Origin: an uncultured virus (IMG/VR IMGVR_UViG_3300036715_002448)
Lineage: Duplodnaviria > Heunggongvirae > Uroviricota > Caudoviricetes
Strand: one strand, 5' to 3'
Virus record (IMG/VR): IMGVR_UViG_3300036715_002448
Coordinates: 30,164-94,163 of that record
DNA: 64,000 nucleotides
Numbering within the stretch: position 1 is the stretch's first letter; each line of letters begins with the position of its first letter. The notes under the pieces were generated by a model that searched no databases, was not told where the DNA came from, and saw only the letters and a list, made by a program, of their open reading frames with translations. The position numbers were made by a program, and so were the translations under genes. Positions 29,820 through 39,460 of the stretch are shown piece after piece.

Positions 29820-31310
29820 TTATTTTTCGAATTTTATTCCCATGTGATTATTACCTTTAGCTTCTCTTGGGTTATATTCACCGTCAAAACTAGAACAAGT
29901 AAAAGTTTTGTAAGGATTTATACTTACACCAAGAATTTCCATAAATTTACGATTTACTAAAAATTTAGTACTTTTATCAGTTCTATCAACTAATGATACT
30001 AATACATTTTTATACCTTTTACCTAAAAATACAACATCCATTTCAATTATTGGCCTTTCGTGTACATTAGGTCCTACTTCAGCATTAGAAATTCCTACTA
30101 CTTTACTTGTAAAATGTTTTCCATTAATAGACCATTCAACAGTTTTCTTATTATCTGAAACTTCCATTTTATCATAAGTCATTGAACAAGAAATAGCACC
30201 ATTACCTGTATCAAATTTGGCTACAAATTCACCAATTCCTGGAACTTGAACAACTTCACGGAATCCAATAACTTTTCTTGAACGAATCCAGTTAGACTTA
30301 TCGGTAAAATAGTCAATTATATTTTTAACCACATCTATTCCTGTAGCATCTTTAAGTCCTTGTGTACCTGGTGAAGAATTAACTTCTAACACGTAATTTT
30401 GTTTTGATTTTTTATCAACAATAATATCTACACCAGCCCAATTACATCCAACTGCCCTCGCTGCATCAATTGCCATTTGTGATTGCTCTGGTGTTATTTT
30501 AACCTTTTCTGCTTTTCCACCTAAAGAAACATTTGTACGAAAATCTTTATCAATTTTATTTCTACGCATAAAACCTAAAACAACAGAGTCATCTTCAGAA
30601 GGTTTTGGTGAATTAAATTTACGAGTAAGAACATGTATTCTTAAATCATAGTCGGAGTCAATTTTTTCTTGAATAAGAGTTTCGATATCTGCGTCAACTT
30701 TCCAAAGTGTTTGAAGAACTGATTTAAGAGAAGCTTCCGATTCAATAACAGAAACACCAATACCATGTGAACCAGATAACATTTTAAGAATAACTGGAAA
30801 TTTTCCACCTATTTTTTTAACAGCTCCATCGATAGAGTCCTCCCCGTTGATTAGCGCTGTTCTTGGTGTTTGAATTCCGGAATTTTCTAGGATTTTTGCA
30901 GTAACCCATTTATTTTCACAATTTAAAGTAGATTGTAAAGTATTAACTACAAAGAAATTTAAGTCTTCTAATCTTTCTACTAAGTCACGTGTACGAGTAT
31001 TTCTTACAATACCGCGGCGTGTTAAAATTGCTGTATAATCTGAATCAATTTTTACAGAATTTTCTTTATCTGCTAAAAGTAATCCACCATTTTTTAAAAT
31101 TGTTAAAGTTGCTGTATTAATATCAATTACATAAAAAGGAATTCCTCTAGAATCACATTCCTTTTTAACAGCAGGAACAGTATAAGATTCTTCGCTAACA
31201 TTTGATAAAAGAACAATTTCTGCTTTTTGTTTTTTAGAAGCATTTGTTTTTTTTACAGTATTTATTGCTTCATTTACAAACTCGTCATAATAGTTAAATT
31301 TATTTTTCAT
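29820..31310 (-). CDS. RimK-family ATP-grasp ligase fused to a retropepsin-like (DTG) protease domain
   Basis: GSHGIGV, QEKI, DLRIHV, DFRTNVSLGG, AGVDII, LEVNSSPG; C-terminal AKFDTGNG; CTS-like N-terminus. Confidence 0.88.
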   Translation of the reverse strand: MKNKFNYYDEFVNEAINTVKKTNASKKQKAEIVLLSNVSEESYTVPAVKKECDSRGIPFYVIDINTATLTILKNGGLLLADKENSVKIDSDYTAILTRRGIVRNTRTRDLVERLEDLNFFVVNTLQSTLNCENKWVTAKILENSGIQTPRTALINGEDSIDGAVKKIGGKFPVILKMLSGSHGIGVSVIESEASLKSVLQTLWKVDADIETLIQEKIDSDYDLRIHVLTRKFNSPKPSEDDSVVLGFMRRNKIDKDFRTNVSLGGKAEKVKITPEQSQMAIDAARAVGCNWAGVDIIVDKKSKQNYVLEVNSSPGTQGLKDATGIDVVKNIIDYFTDKSNWIRSRKVIGFREVVQVPGIGEFVAKFDTGNGAISCSMTYDKMEVSDNKKTVEWSINGKHFTSKVVGISNAEVGPNVHERPIIEMDVVFLGKRYKNVLVSLVDRTDKSTKFLVNRKFMEILGVSINPYKTFTCSSFDGEYNPREAKGNNHMGIKFEK

Positions 31311-31857
31311 TATTTCGTTTAATATATTTTATAATTTTTTTATTTTGTCTTAAAATTTTTTCTTTTATTTCCGCAGTAAATCTATAAGATGAATCAACAA
31401 TTTTACTATTAATTTCTTTACTATCTTTTATATAAGTTTCAAAACACTTGTCACAAGTAAAATTCCTTGCCGTAATTTGATTTATTTTTGAAATTATTGG
31501 TTTGTTACAATACGCACAATGCCATGGATATTCTTTATATGTTCTTTTTATATATTCTTTAGATGATACTTCTTTTGTTTCAGGATTGAAATAAATTCTA
31601 TTAATTTTTTGGTATTTTAAATTTTCTCTTTCTATCTTAAAAATACATTTAAGAAACAAATCATCCTCTAAATACTTAGCTATTACTTTGTTATAATCAA
31701 GTATCATTTTATAAGAAGTAGGAATACCAACTAATGATATTCCATGTTTTGATTTGCTTCCTTTTATTTTCTTTTTAACTATAGTAACATTACCAATACG
31801 AATAGAACCAGTACCAAATTGGTTGCCATATTTAATCCAACTATTATTGTTAGCCAT
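31300..31857 (-). CDS. Hypothetical Zn-binding basic protein
   Basis: CAYC...CDKC. Confidence 0.6.
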   Translation of the reverse strand: MANNNSWIKYGNQFGTGSIRIGNVTIVKKKIKGSKSKHGISLVGIPTSYKMILDYNKVIAKYLEDDLFLKCIFKIERENLKYQKINRIYFNPETKEVSSKEYIKRTYKEYPWHCAYCNKPIISKINQITARNFTCDKCFETYIKDSKEINSKIVDSSYRFTAEIKEKILRQNKKIIKYIKRNNEK

Positions 31858-33232
31858 AAATCATTAAATCATCAAGTTGTTTTCCTATATCATTTATTAT
31901 AAAATCAGTGGTTAACGTTTCCATTTCTAATTCTAGTAAAAGTGTGTGAATTTCATCCATTGTTACACCTTCATTTTTTGCCGACTCTATTTTATTTCGT
32001 AATGCGGCCATTTTGCTAGCTAATTCATTTCTTCCAGCTTGTACAGTTTTAAAAGTATCATGTAATTGGGCTATTTCCTTTTCGCTTAATTTGCCCATTG
32101 CTTTAGAATCACTCATCGTATTAGTTAATTCTTTAAGTTTTTTAGCAAGATTATCCTTTTTAACTCTTAAAACAGCATGTTCGTTTCTTAATGATTTAAT
32201 TTCATCCGTATCTTTATCATCTTCTTTTTCTGCATAAATATCTCTTTGGTCAGTTGGTTTTATTTTTTTAGCGGCTTCTATTTCATCAGCTTTATCTTTA
32301 GCTTCTTTATCTAATTTTTCTGCCTCTTCTCTTTTAGATTTATCTCCAGGAGATTCTTCTAATTTGTTTTCTTGTTTTCCGGTTTCTTCAGGTTTTTTAA
32401 TAGAGCTACCATTGCTGGCATTACCAGCTTCATTATTTATAACTGATATATCATTTGAATTAGTTTCTGTTTTACCTCTTTTATCTACTTCAGCCTCATT
32501 TTTTTCAGATTCACCAAGTTTTTTTTTCGCTTCCTCTAATCGAGATGTTATTTCCCTTAGTGATTCATTACTTATATGAGCCTTCGACAATTCTTGTAAA
32601 AATTTTACTTTGTATTTAAGTTTTTTAGATGTTATATATGCTTTTAAATATGGATTTTCATCCTCTGTCATAGCATTTAAAAAATCTATTTGAGCTTTAA
32701 TAGAATAAGAATTTGATTTTTGCAATTTCTTGTATTTGTCCTCCAAAGTTTTAACAACTTCCTTTAACGATTCTATTTTTTTAGTTTCACGGTCAGACGG
32801 TTCTTCATCTTTATTAGGACCAGTAGTTCCTTTAGGTTCTTCATCTTTATTAGGACCAGTAGTTCCTTTAGGTTCTTCATCTTTATTAGGACCAGTAGTT
32901 CCTTTAGGTTCTTCATCTTTATTAGGACCAGTAGTTCCTTTAGGTTCTTCATCTTTATGTGATAATGCTTTTTTCTTTTTTCTTAATACATATAATGCAT
33001 TATCTATTGATTTATTCTTTTTTGCAATAGCAGGATTTCTTCCAGGATTTTTTTGTTTTTTAGATATTAAACTAGCTATTTTATCATCTAAGCTATCTTC
33101 CGATTCAAAAAGTACTCCTTCACATAATAATTCTTGGATTATTTCTAATTCTTTTTGTTCAGAAAGTTCATAAGACTCAAATAAAATTCGGTCATATTCT
33201 TTTATTAAAAAATTACTTAATTGTTCTTTCAT
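31850..33232 (-). CDS. Charged coiled-coil protein with tandem repeat; probable head protein
   Basis: Lys/Glu rich, (KDEEPKGTTGPN)x4, LFES putative protease sites. Confidence 0.6.
   Translation of the reverse strand: MKEQLSNFLIKEYDRILFESYELSEQKELEIIQELLCEGVLFESEDSLDDKIASLISKKQKNPGRNPAIAKKNKSIDNALYVLRKKKKALSHKDEEPKGTTGPNKDEEPKGTTGPNKDEEPKGTTGPNKDEEPKGTTGPNKDEEPSDRETKKIESLKEVVKTLEDKYKKLQKSNSYSIKAQIDFLNAMTEDENPYLKAYITSKKLKYKVKFLQELSKAHISNESLREITSRLEEAKKKLGESEKNEAEVDKRGKTETNSNDISVINNEAGNASNGSSIKKPEETGKQENKLEESPGDKSKREEAEKLDKEAKDKADEIEAAKKIKPTDQRDIYAEKEDDKDTDEIKSLRNEHAVLRVKKDNLAKKLKELTNTMSDSKAMGKLSEKEIAQLHDTFKTVQAGRNELASKMAALRNKIESAKNEGVTMDEIHTLLLELEMETLTTDFIINDIGKQLDDLMIYG
32799..32958. repeat. 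Perfect 36-bp tandem repeat, 4.4 copies, in frame
   Basis: ggttcttcatctttattaggaccagtagttccttta starting at 32799, 32835, 32871, 32907, partial at 32943. Confidence 0.95.
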
Positions 33233-33248
33233 ATTTTTATTTGATTTT

Positions 33249-33767
33249 TTATCTCCAAGTTGGTATTAAATTTGACAATCCAGGTAATTCAGTTCCTTCT
33301 AATTTAGCAATTTGTGCTTTTTTATCTGCTATATCTAAAAACATTTCTAATTCTTTTTTATGCATATCGTAAATATGTTGTAATGCAGCTTTTGCTTTTC
33401 CTCTAGTAAAAAGATACATTAAATATTTAAAAGCACCACCTGTAGCTTTGGTTGTTTTTTTAATAACAGAAGCTCCGGCATTAAATACAGATGATGCATC
33501 CAAGTCTCCAATTGGAACTGATCCACTACTTCCTCGTTCATTTAATGCTTCATAATTTTCTTCAAAACTTTCTAACAAATAATTCATAGTAGAGTTACTT
33601 ATAGATTCAGTCATAATACCTGACGCCGAATACTGTGTAAGCATCAAATAATTAATAAGTTCTTTCATTTCATCTGTCGTAGGTTTGTATTGATATTGAC
33701 TACAAAGTTTAGAAAATTGGCTTATATCCATTTGTAGGCCAATTATAAGTGAGGGTTTTGCAAACAT
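33249..33767 (-). CDS. Hypothetical late protein
   Basis: ORF with class A motif upstream. Confidence 0.6.
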   Translation of the reverse strand: MFAKPSLIIGLQMDISQFSKLCSQYQYKPTTDEMKELINYLMLTQYSASGIMTESISNSTMNYLLESFEENYEALNERGSSGSVPIGDLDASSVFNAGASVIKKTTKATGGAFKYLMYLFTRGKAKAALQHIYDMHKKELEMFLDIADKKAQIAKLEGTELPGLSNLIPTWR

Positions 33768-33815
33768 AACTTAACTAATTTATTGTTTATTTATATATCA
33801 TAGAATTTTTTGACA

Positions 33816-34413
33816 CTATTTATAGTACTTAATAAAAACATCTGATCCTGCATCATATATTCTTCTATAACCATTTAATTGAATACAAATAACTTGAAGT
33901 ACCATTGTTTTTTAAAAATGTTTTAGCTCTTTTATCTTGTATTAATTTAGATTGTAGTGGACTTTCTACCCCATATTTATTTAACATGGTTTTTTTATTT
34001 TCATTTGTACTTCTTTGTTTTGTAAAGAACAAGTACTCCCGTATTTTAATAGATTAGTTTTTTGTATTTTATCTTTAGTTGATTGTAGTACACTTGTATT
34101 TTTTATACCATATCGTTCCATGTTAGATTTAACATATGATTCAGTTCTATTTCTATCTACACAAATTTTAGAATTACATGTTTTCAAATAACCTTTTGAA
34201 AAACTATTGAATTTTTTAGGTTTGCCACAACTACATAAAGGTATTTGATCTAATTTTTCTTTTATTAACCACAATTTTTTCACTATAACAAGACGCTCCT
34301 ACAAACATATTATCAATATATTCTTTGTTGTGTTTATATATTGATAAAGTAGATTTTGGAGAGGCTATTAGTCTATTAATAATATCATTCAATTTGAAAG
34401 TATCTTGGCTCAT
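33816..34413 (-). pseudogene. Decayed stand-alone homing endonuclease downstream of the major capsid gene
   Basis: Frameshifted pieces: MSQDTFK.., PLCSCGK..KTCNSKIC, ERYGIKNTS/LKYGSTCSLQ repeats, and a detached tail NGYRRIYDAGSDVFIKYYK; nuclease core apparently deleted. Confidence 0.75.
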
Positions 34414-34476
34414 AAAGTTTAATATATTGTTTTTATTTATATCAAAATTTAATAAAAGTTTTAGATTTTTAAACAA

Positions 34477-34512
34477 AAAAATAGCTACTTAAATAAATAA
34501 GTAGCTATTTTT
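34477..34512 (-). terminator. Terminator after major capsid gene
   Basis: aaaaatagctactta-aataaa-taagtagctattttt. Confidence 0.8.
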
Positions 34513-34532
34513 AATAAAGTTTATCTAAATGG

Positions 34533-36158
34533 TTACACTAAACCATTGAAAGCGGCATTCATGAATACACCTGATGTAAGATACATAGTTTCTGGGTGGA
34601 AACCTGCTTCAACCAACGCATAGCGAGATTTTACAGCTACTTTAGGTGCCATAGTACCTTCAGCGATAGTTTGAACTGATTCAGCCATTAAGTAAGGCAT
34701 AAATACCAAACCTGGAGAATTTCCATCACCTTTACGTCCAACTAAGAAACGAGTATCATTCCAAGCCATGTTAGGGTCATTATAGATCGCAAGACCTGCA
34801 AGAGTACCAACTGGATAAAGTGATCCACTCATTTGATTAATTGTGTTTGCCATAGGAGCAGCGATGAAACCTGCAACATCTTGCAATGCTGAACAAACTT
34901 GTCCGTTAGTTACTACGAAAGTAGCTGGACCTCTACGGCCACGGATAGCGATTAAGTTAGCAATAGCTAAGATTTTAGACAAGATTTTACGTTGACGACT
35001 ATGAAGATTTTCAGATGCTGAGTTAACAACTTCAGTTGGATTCATCCAAGCAGCTTTCAATAATGCTGAGTTTATATAAGCTCCAAATGCAGTAGTAGAA
35101 TTAGCAGTAGCAGAAGCTGATACTGTAGCACCAGTAGCACCGATATTTACGAAGAAGTTAGTACCTTGAGTACGCATTATTGCTTCGTGATTAGTTTCAC
35201 CAAGACGGAACAAATATCCAAGGATATTTTTGTTCAATGATTGAGTTACTTCATTAATAAGAACAGATTCTACTTGAGAAACTGCATCAATACCAAATTG
35301 TTTCAAATCTTGAACTTGTTCACGAGTAACGGCAGCTGCAACTTGGAAAGTTTTAGCTTCAACTGACTTGTTGAATAAAGTCAAGTTCATTACATTATCT
35401 TGAGTAGATTCACCTTGAGCACGGCTATAAGGATCATTAACAGCATTGGTATAATCTTGGTTAGCAAGAGAAGAACCAGAGAAACCTGTAATGTGATCTT
35501 CAAGAGCTTTTACTAATTCAATAGTTAAACCAGATGTTGGACCAGTTACACCACCAATACCAGTAGTTCCGATTGCACTTGTAACAACTGCAAGAAGAGT
35601 ACCTGCTGTAAGAGTTCCTTGTACGTGGAAGATAGGATAACCATCAAGACGAGAAGCTCCAACATAAGCAAGAGTTACGCCATTGATAGGTGTAGAAGTT
35701 GCACCGGCTACGAAAGCAGGAATCGCAGTTGAACCATAGTTAACTTTGATTAACAATGGAAGATTTGCACCTGTTCCATTAGTTTGTCCACCAGCGTATA
35801 CGAAATCTAAATAAGTTAATACACCCATTGGACCGGGCATTGGAACAACAGGAAGCAAGTCAAGACCTACAGTTTGAGCAGCAACTTGCATTGCCAAAGG
35901 AAGCAAAGTATGAGCTTTGTCACCTGAACCTTTATCTGCACCAGCGAATTGGTTTTGAAGACCTGGGTCTCCTGGGAAACGAGTTGCTCCCATACCGTTA
36001 ACCGAACCTAACTGAGCATAAGCGTTGTTTTCGTAAAGTTCGTGGTAGTGGCAATATTTTGACATCCAATTTACTTTTTCTCTTTCAGAGATTCCAGTGT
36101 TAGATTCAATAATAGGTGCCCATTTTCCAACGACTTCAGATTCGTTAATTAAATACAT
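34533..36158 (-). CDS. gp23: Major capsid protein
   Basis: KWAPIIE, VPMPGPMG, VEAKT, QDLK, RRGPATF, FMPYLM, PKVAVKSRYAL; strongly biased codons. Confidence 0.95.
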   Translation of the reverse strand: MYLINESEVVGKWAPIIESNTGISEREKVNWMSKYCHYHELYENNAYAQLGSVNGMGATRFPGDPGLQNQFAGADKGSGDKAHTLLPLAMQVAAQTVGLDLLPVVPMPGPMGVLTYLDFVYAGGQTNGTGANLPLLIKVNYGSTAIPAFVAGATSTPINGVTLAYVGASRLDGYPIFHVQGTLTAGTLLAVVTSAIGTTGIGGVTGPTSGLTIELVKALEDHITGFSGSSLANQDYTNAVNDPYSRAQGESTQDNVMNLTLFNKSVEAKTFQVAAAVTREQVQDLKQFGIDAVSQVESVLINEVTQSLNKNILGYLFRLGETNHEAIMRTQGTNFFVNIGATGATVSASATANSTTAFGAYINSALLKAAWMNPTEVVNSASENLHSRQRKILSKILAIANLIAIRGRRGPATFVVTNGQVCSALQDVAGFIAAPMANTINQMSGSLYPVGTLAGLAIYNDPNMAWNDTRFLVGRKGDGNSPGLVFMPYLMAESVQTIAEGTMAPKVAVKSRYALVEAGFHPETMYLTSGVFMNAAFNGLV

Positions 36159-36288
36159 ATTATTTTTTTATTTTTTTTTGTTTATTTTAAACTTTTTTGC
36201 TTTTGTTCTGTTAGCAAATTATTATTAGTTAAAGTATATATCACTTTGTTTTTTAGAAAAGTTCACTTTTTTGTAATTTTTTGATATT

Positions 36289-36510
36289 TTATCTATTTTT
36301 ATTTGGAATTTTATACATATCCTCTAAAATATCAAACAAAAGCATTGCTGCATCTTTTTCATTCTTAACATAACCTTTAGATTTTGCTATAACAATATCA
36401 TTAAGGAATGTTTTTATATTATCTTGGATTGCTATTTTAACATCAACAAATCCTTCATTTAATGGTATTTGTTCTTTAATGAACTCATTAAATTTTTGTA
36501 GGTTTTTCAT
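36289..36510 (-). CDS. Small putative internal head protein
   Basis: ATG at 36510 gives CTS-like MKNLQKFNEFIKE. Confidence 0.55.
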   Translation of the reverse strand: MKNLQKFNEFIKEQIPLNEGFVDVKIAIQDNIKTFLNDIVIAKSKGYVKNEKDAAMLLFDILEDMYKIPNKNR

Positions 36511-36514
36511 AGTA

Positions 36515-37486
36515 TTAAGCATTTGCTAATAAAGCATTTAACCTTTCTTCGGCTGTATCAGCCCATGTTTTATAAGAATCAGAATTATTTCGTATGTATG
36601 ATTTGTATTCATTATACCAATAGTTAAATGCACTTACAATATCATTATATTTTCTTGTTAAAGCTTCAAGTTTACTATAATCAATTTTGTTTAAATAAGC
36701 CGATTCCATTTCACCTTCTTTACCAAATTTTCCTGTAGAAAATGTTACTAAGTCATTAAATGGTATTTTAGACGCTTCTTCAATTTCTTTTCGTATTTTA
36801 GAGATAACTGACTCAACTTTTTCTGCAATTGGTTTAGAACCTTTATTTAGTTTGCTTGCTTTAATTGCATCATCATATCTACGTTGATTTGCATAAAGAA
36901 TATCTGTTTCTTTCATAAGAGCTATAGCACCTTTTTGAGCTATTGCTCTATCTGTTCTTAAACTAGAAGAAGAATACTGTTCCAAAGTCGACCATTTAAT
37001 AGCAAATGCAGCACATTCAATATCATCAAATAGTCTAGAAACTGCTAGTGCTCCTTCTAATGGTTTTTCATACTTATTAGTAGCAACACGAGAGTCAAGA
37101 ATATCATAATAACCTCCATAAAGAAAATTCATACCTTTTGTAATTAACAAACTATTTGCTCTTAAATAAATATTATTATCTCGTTTTACTCCCCATTTTG
37201 TATAAGTGGTTTGATTCCATTTAACAGTTTGTTGTTTTGAATTATACCAAAAAATAACATAATCGGTGTCTTTGGCTAATTTTTTATTAAAACGTTCGTC
37301 TTCTTTTGGTATAATCTCGGAATCAGGTATTTGGTCCCAAAGAATTCCTTTAGGTAATTTAGTTGCAAAATTTCCTTTGCTACCCCCTATAAAATTAGAT
37401 TTAAAATCTGCAAGTATTTGACTTTTAAAAGACTCTAAAAGAAGGCTTTCATTAACAAATTCATCAAATGTTATAATATTTTTCAT
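36515..37486 (-). CDS. Putative internal head protein
   Basis: CTS-like MKNIITFDEFVNE; lies between protease and capsid genes. Confidence 0.6.
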   Translation of the reverse strand: MKNIITFDEFVNESLLLESFKSQILADFKSNFIGGSKGNFATKLPKGILWDQIPDSEIIPKEDERFNKKLAKDTDYVIFWYNSKQQTVKWNQTTYTKWGVKRDNNIYLRANSLLITKGMNFLYGGYYDILDSRVATNKYEKPLEGALAVSRLFDDIECAAFAIKWSTLEQYSSSSLRTDRAIAQKGAIALMKETDILYANQRRYDDAIKASKLNKGSKPIAEKVESVISKIRKEIEEASKIPFNDLVTFSTGKFGKEGEMESAYLNKIDYSKLEALTRKYNDIVSAFNYWYNEYKSYIRNNSDSYKTWADTAEERLNALLANA

Positions 37487-37505
37487 GTTTAAATCTTTTA
37501 TTTAG

Positions 37506-37543
37506 TAAATAAAGTCAGACTTATTAAGGCCTAACTTTATTTA
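37506..37543 (-). terminator. Terminator-like hairpin after protease-scaffold gene
   Basis: Minus strand TAAATAAAGTTAGGC..GTCTGACTTTATTTA with G-U pairs. Confidence 0.6.
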
Positions 37544-37559
37544 AGTTTTTATTATTTTA

Positions 37560-39392
37560 TTAACGATTAAATCTGCGTTTCAAACCTTCTTGAACAGCTT
37601 CCATATATGCATTTGGAGTTTCATATGAGTGAGTTTCGTTTAAATTCAAACCAGCTCTCAATTCAGACTCATTAACAACTTCTACTTTAGAAGGACGTAA
37701 GTCACGTGTCGACCAGAAGTTTTCAATTTTATAAGCAGTATCTAATGATCTAATAGATGCTTGTAAAATAATTTGATTTTTTTGCGATTCATTTAAGTTT
37801 GACCAACTTTCAAGATACTGAGCTGGCATATCAGTTAACCAATTCAATGCAACAGGTGCTTTACGTGTAGCATTTTCATAAATAGCTTCAACATCAGCGG
37901 TTCCATAGAATTTACTGTTTTCAAAAATTGTTATAATTCTTTTTTGTTCTTTTTCATCTAAAGCAGCAAATTCTGCTTTTTTACTTGCTGACATAAAATT
38001 CATGAAAGGTAATTTAACAGGACTTGGTTCTGTTTTTGCTTTTTCAAGAATAAGATCAAGTTTAGAAGTAATACTAGCTTTGTAGTCATCTACACTTTCT
38101 ACTATAGGAACAACTTTTTCATTAACAGTTTTAGTAGAAGGTATATGTGATTCTAAACCTTCATTCATTTCATTAATAACGTGGTCTACATAATTAATCA
38201 AGTTTTGAGTGTTTTCTTTCATATATTCCGTATAAGATACAGCCGAAGAAAGTCCTTCAATTATATAGTCATTATGAGAAATAATATTATCAACGTTTTC
38301 ATTGATATAGGTTTGATAAGCCCAACGGTTGTTTGATTCATTAGCAACATATTTACTAAATTCAATAACTTGATCAGTTTTTTCTGCAATAATCTTGCTA
38401 TATTCAATTCCTTTATCCGCTGATTCTGCTACCAATTTCACATACTCAATAAGTTTATCTGTCGACTCAGCAATTTTTTCGGTATAGTTAATACCATTTT
38501 CTACATTTTCTACAGCATAAGTTGCATAGTTTTTTACATTTTCAAGACCTTCGATTATATAATCATTATGTGAAATAAGATTATCAACAGTTTCAGCTAA
38601 ATGTTTAACATATCCTGTTAAAGCATTTACACGATCTGCTGTTGCTTCGGAATATCTTATAATACCTTCATTTAACTGAGTTCCTTTGTTTTCATTCAAT
38701 GAAGATAACATTTCGTTCAACTTAGCAATTTCATTTTTAGTATATTTGGTATACTCGTTGAAATCTTCTAAGGTGATAAATTTAACGTCATCCATATTAG
38801 TTCCTTTGTTTATTTTATTTTCGTTTTGTTGATTTTCTTCTAAATAAGGTAATTCATAAATTTGTATCAAATCATCATTTGATAAACCAAAGTTTTCATT
38901 AACTCTATTTAATTCAGCATTTGCAAAACCTGGGTCCGCAACCAAATCATAAGTAAAAACTTTCTTGATTTGTACATGATTATCTGAACTTACAACACCA
39001 GCAGCACGACTTGAAATATGCAAAGGTACACCAGCATCCACTAATGCCATTGCTTGTTTACCTGCATCGGTGTTTAATAATCTAATTTTTCCGTAAACTT
39101 TATTAGTAGCTTCATCATATCTTAATTCTTCGATAATATGTGAAGCATTTTTAAGAGAAATATCAAAAGACTTTGGATGGTCAAGCTCTCCTAAAAGTTT
39201 GTTACCTTTTATTTTTTCTTGGAGTTCTTTTATATGAGGCATCATTTCTGATTTGTCATAAATCCTGTTGTTTTTATTTTTTACTCCAAATTCAGTAAAT
39301 ACTCCTTCCAAGCAATACTTACCAGAATTACTTGTGTTAGCAACTAAATTACCTTCAGAACGTTCAAGAACTAATAAATAGTTATTATTCAT
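37560..39392 (-). CDS. gp21: Prohead protease fused to a coiled-coil scaffold/core domain
   Basis: NKNNRIY, GELDHP, ISSRAAG, TYDLVADPGF; then ~400 aa helical region with duplicated VDN(L/I)ISHNDYIIEGL. Confidence 0.88.
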   Translation of the reverse strand: MNNNYLLVLERSEGNLVANTSNSGKYCLEGVFTEFGVKNKNNRIYDKSEMMPHIKELQEKIKGNKLLGELDHPKSFDISLKNASHIIEELRYDEATNKVYGKIRLLNTDAGKQAMALVDAGVPLHISSRAAGVVSSDNHVQIKKVFTYDLVADPGFANAELNRVNENFGLSNDDLIQIYELPYLEENQQNENKINKGTNMDDVKFITLEDFNEYTKYTKNEIAKLNEMLSSLNENKGTQLNEGIIRYSEATADRVNALTGYVKHLAETVDNLISHNDYIIEGLENVKNYATYAVENVENGINYTEKIAESTDKLIEYVKLVAESADKGIEYSKIIAEKTDQVIEFSKYVANESNNRWAYQTYINENVDNIISHNDYIIEGLSSAVSYTEYMKENTQNLINYVDHVINEMNEGLESHIPSTKTVNEKVVPIVESVDDYKASITSKLDLILEKAKTEPSPVKLPFMNFMSASKKAEFAALDEKEQKRIITIFENSKFYGTADVEAIYENATRKAPVALNWLTDMPAQYLESWSNLNESQKNQIILQASIRSLDTAYKIENFWSTRDLRPSKVEVVNESELRAGLNLNETHSYETPNAYMEAVQEGLKRRFNR

Positions 39393-39460
39393 TATTTATA
39401 TTTTATTTTATATATCTTTTTGCTTTTTGAAATTTTTAATCATTTTTGTGATAAATTTTC

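Noticed and set aside
32799-32958. 36-bp repeats as a CRISPR array
   Set aside because: Units are head to tail with no spacers and are in frame within a CDS
34231-34476. ORF-track entries 34231-34476 and 33981-34283 as two genes
   Set aside because: They are frameshifted pieces of one decayed endonuclease
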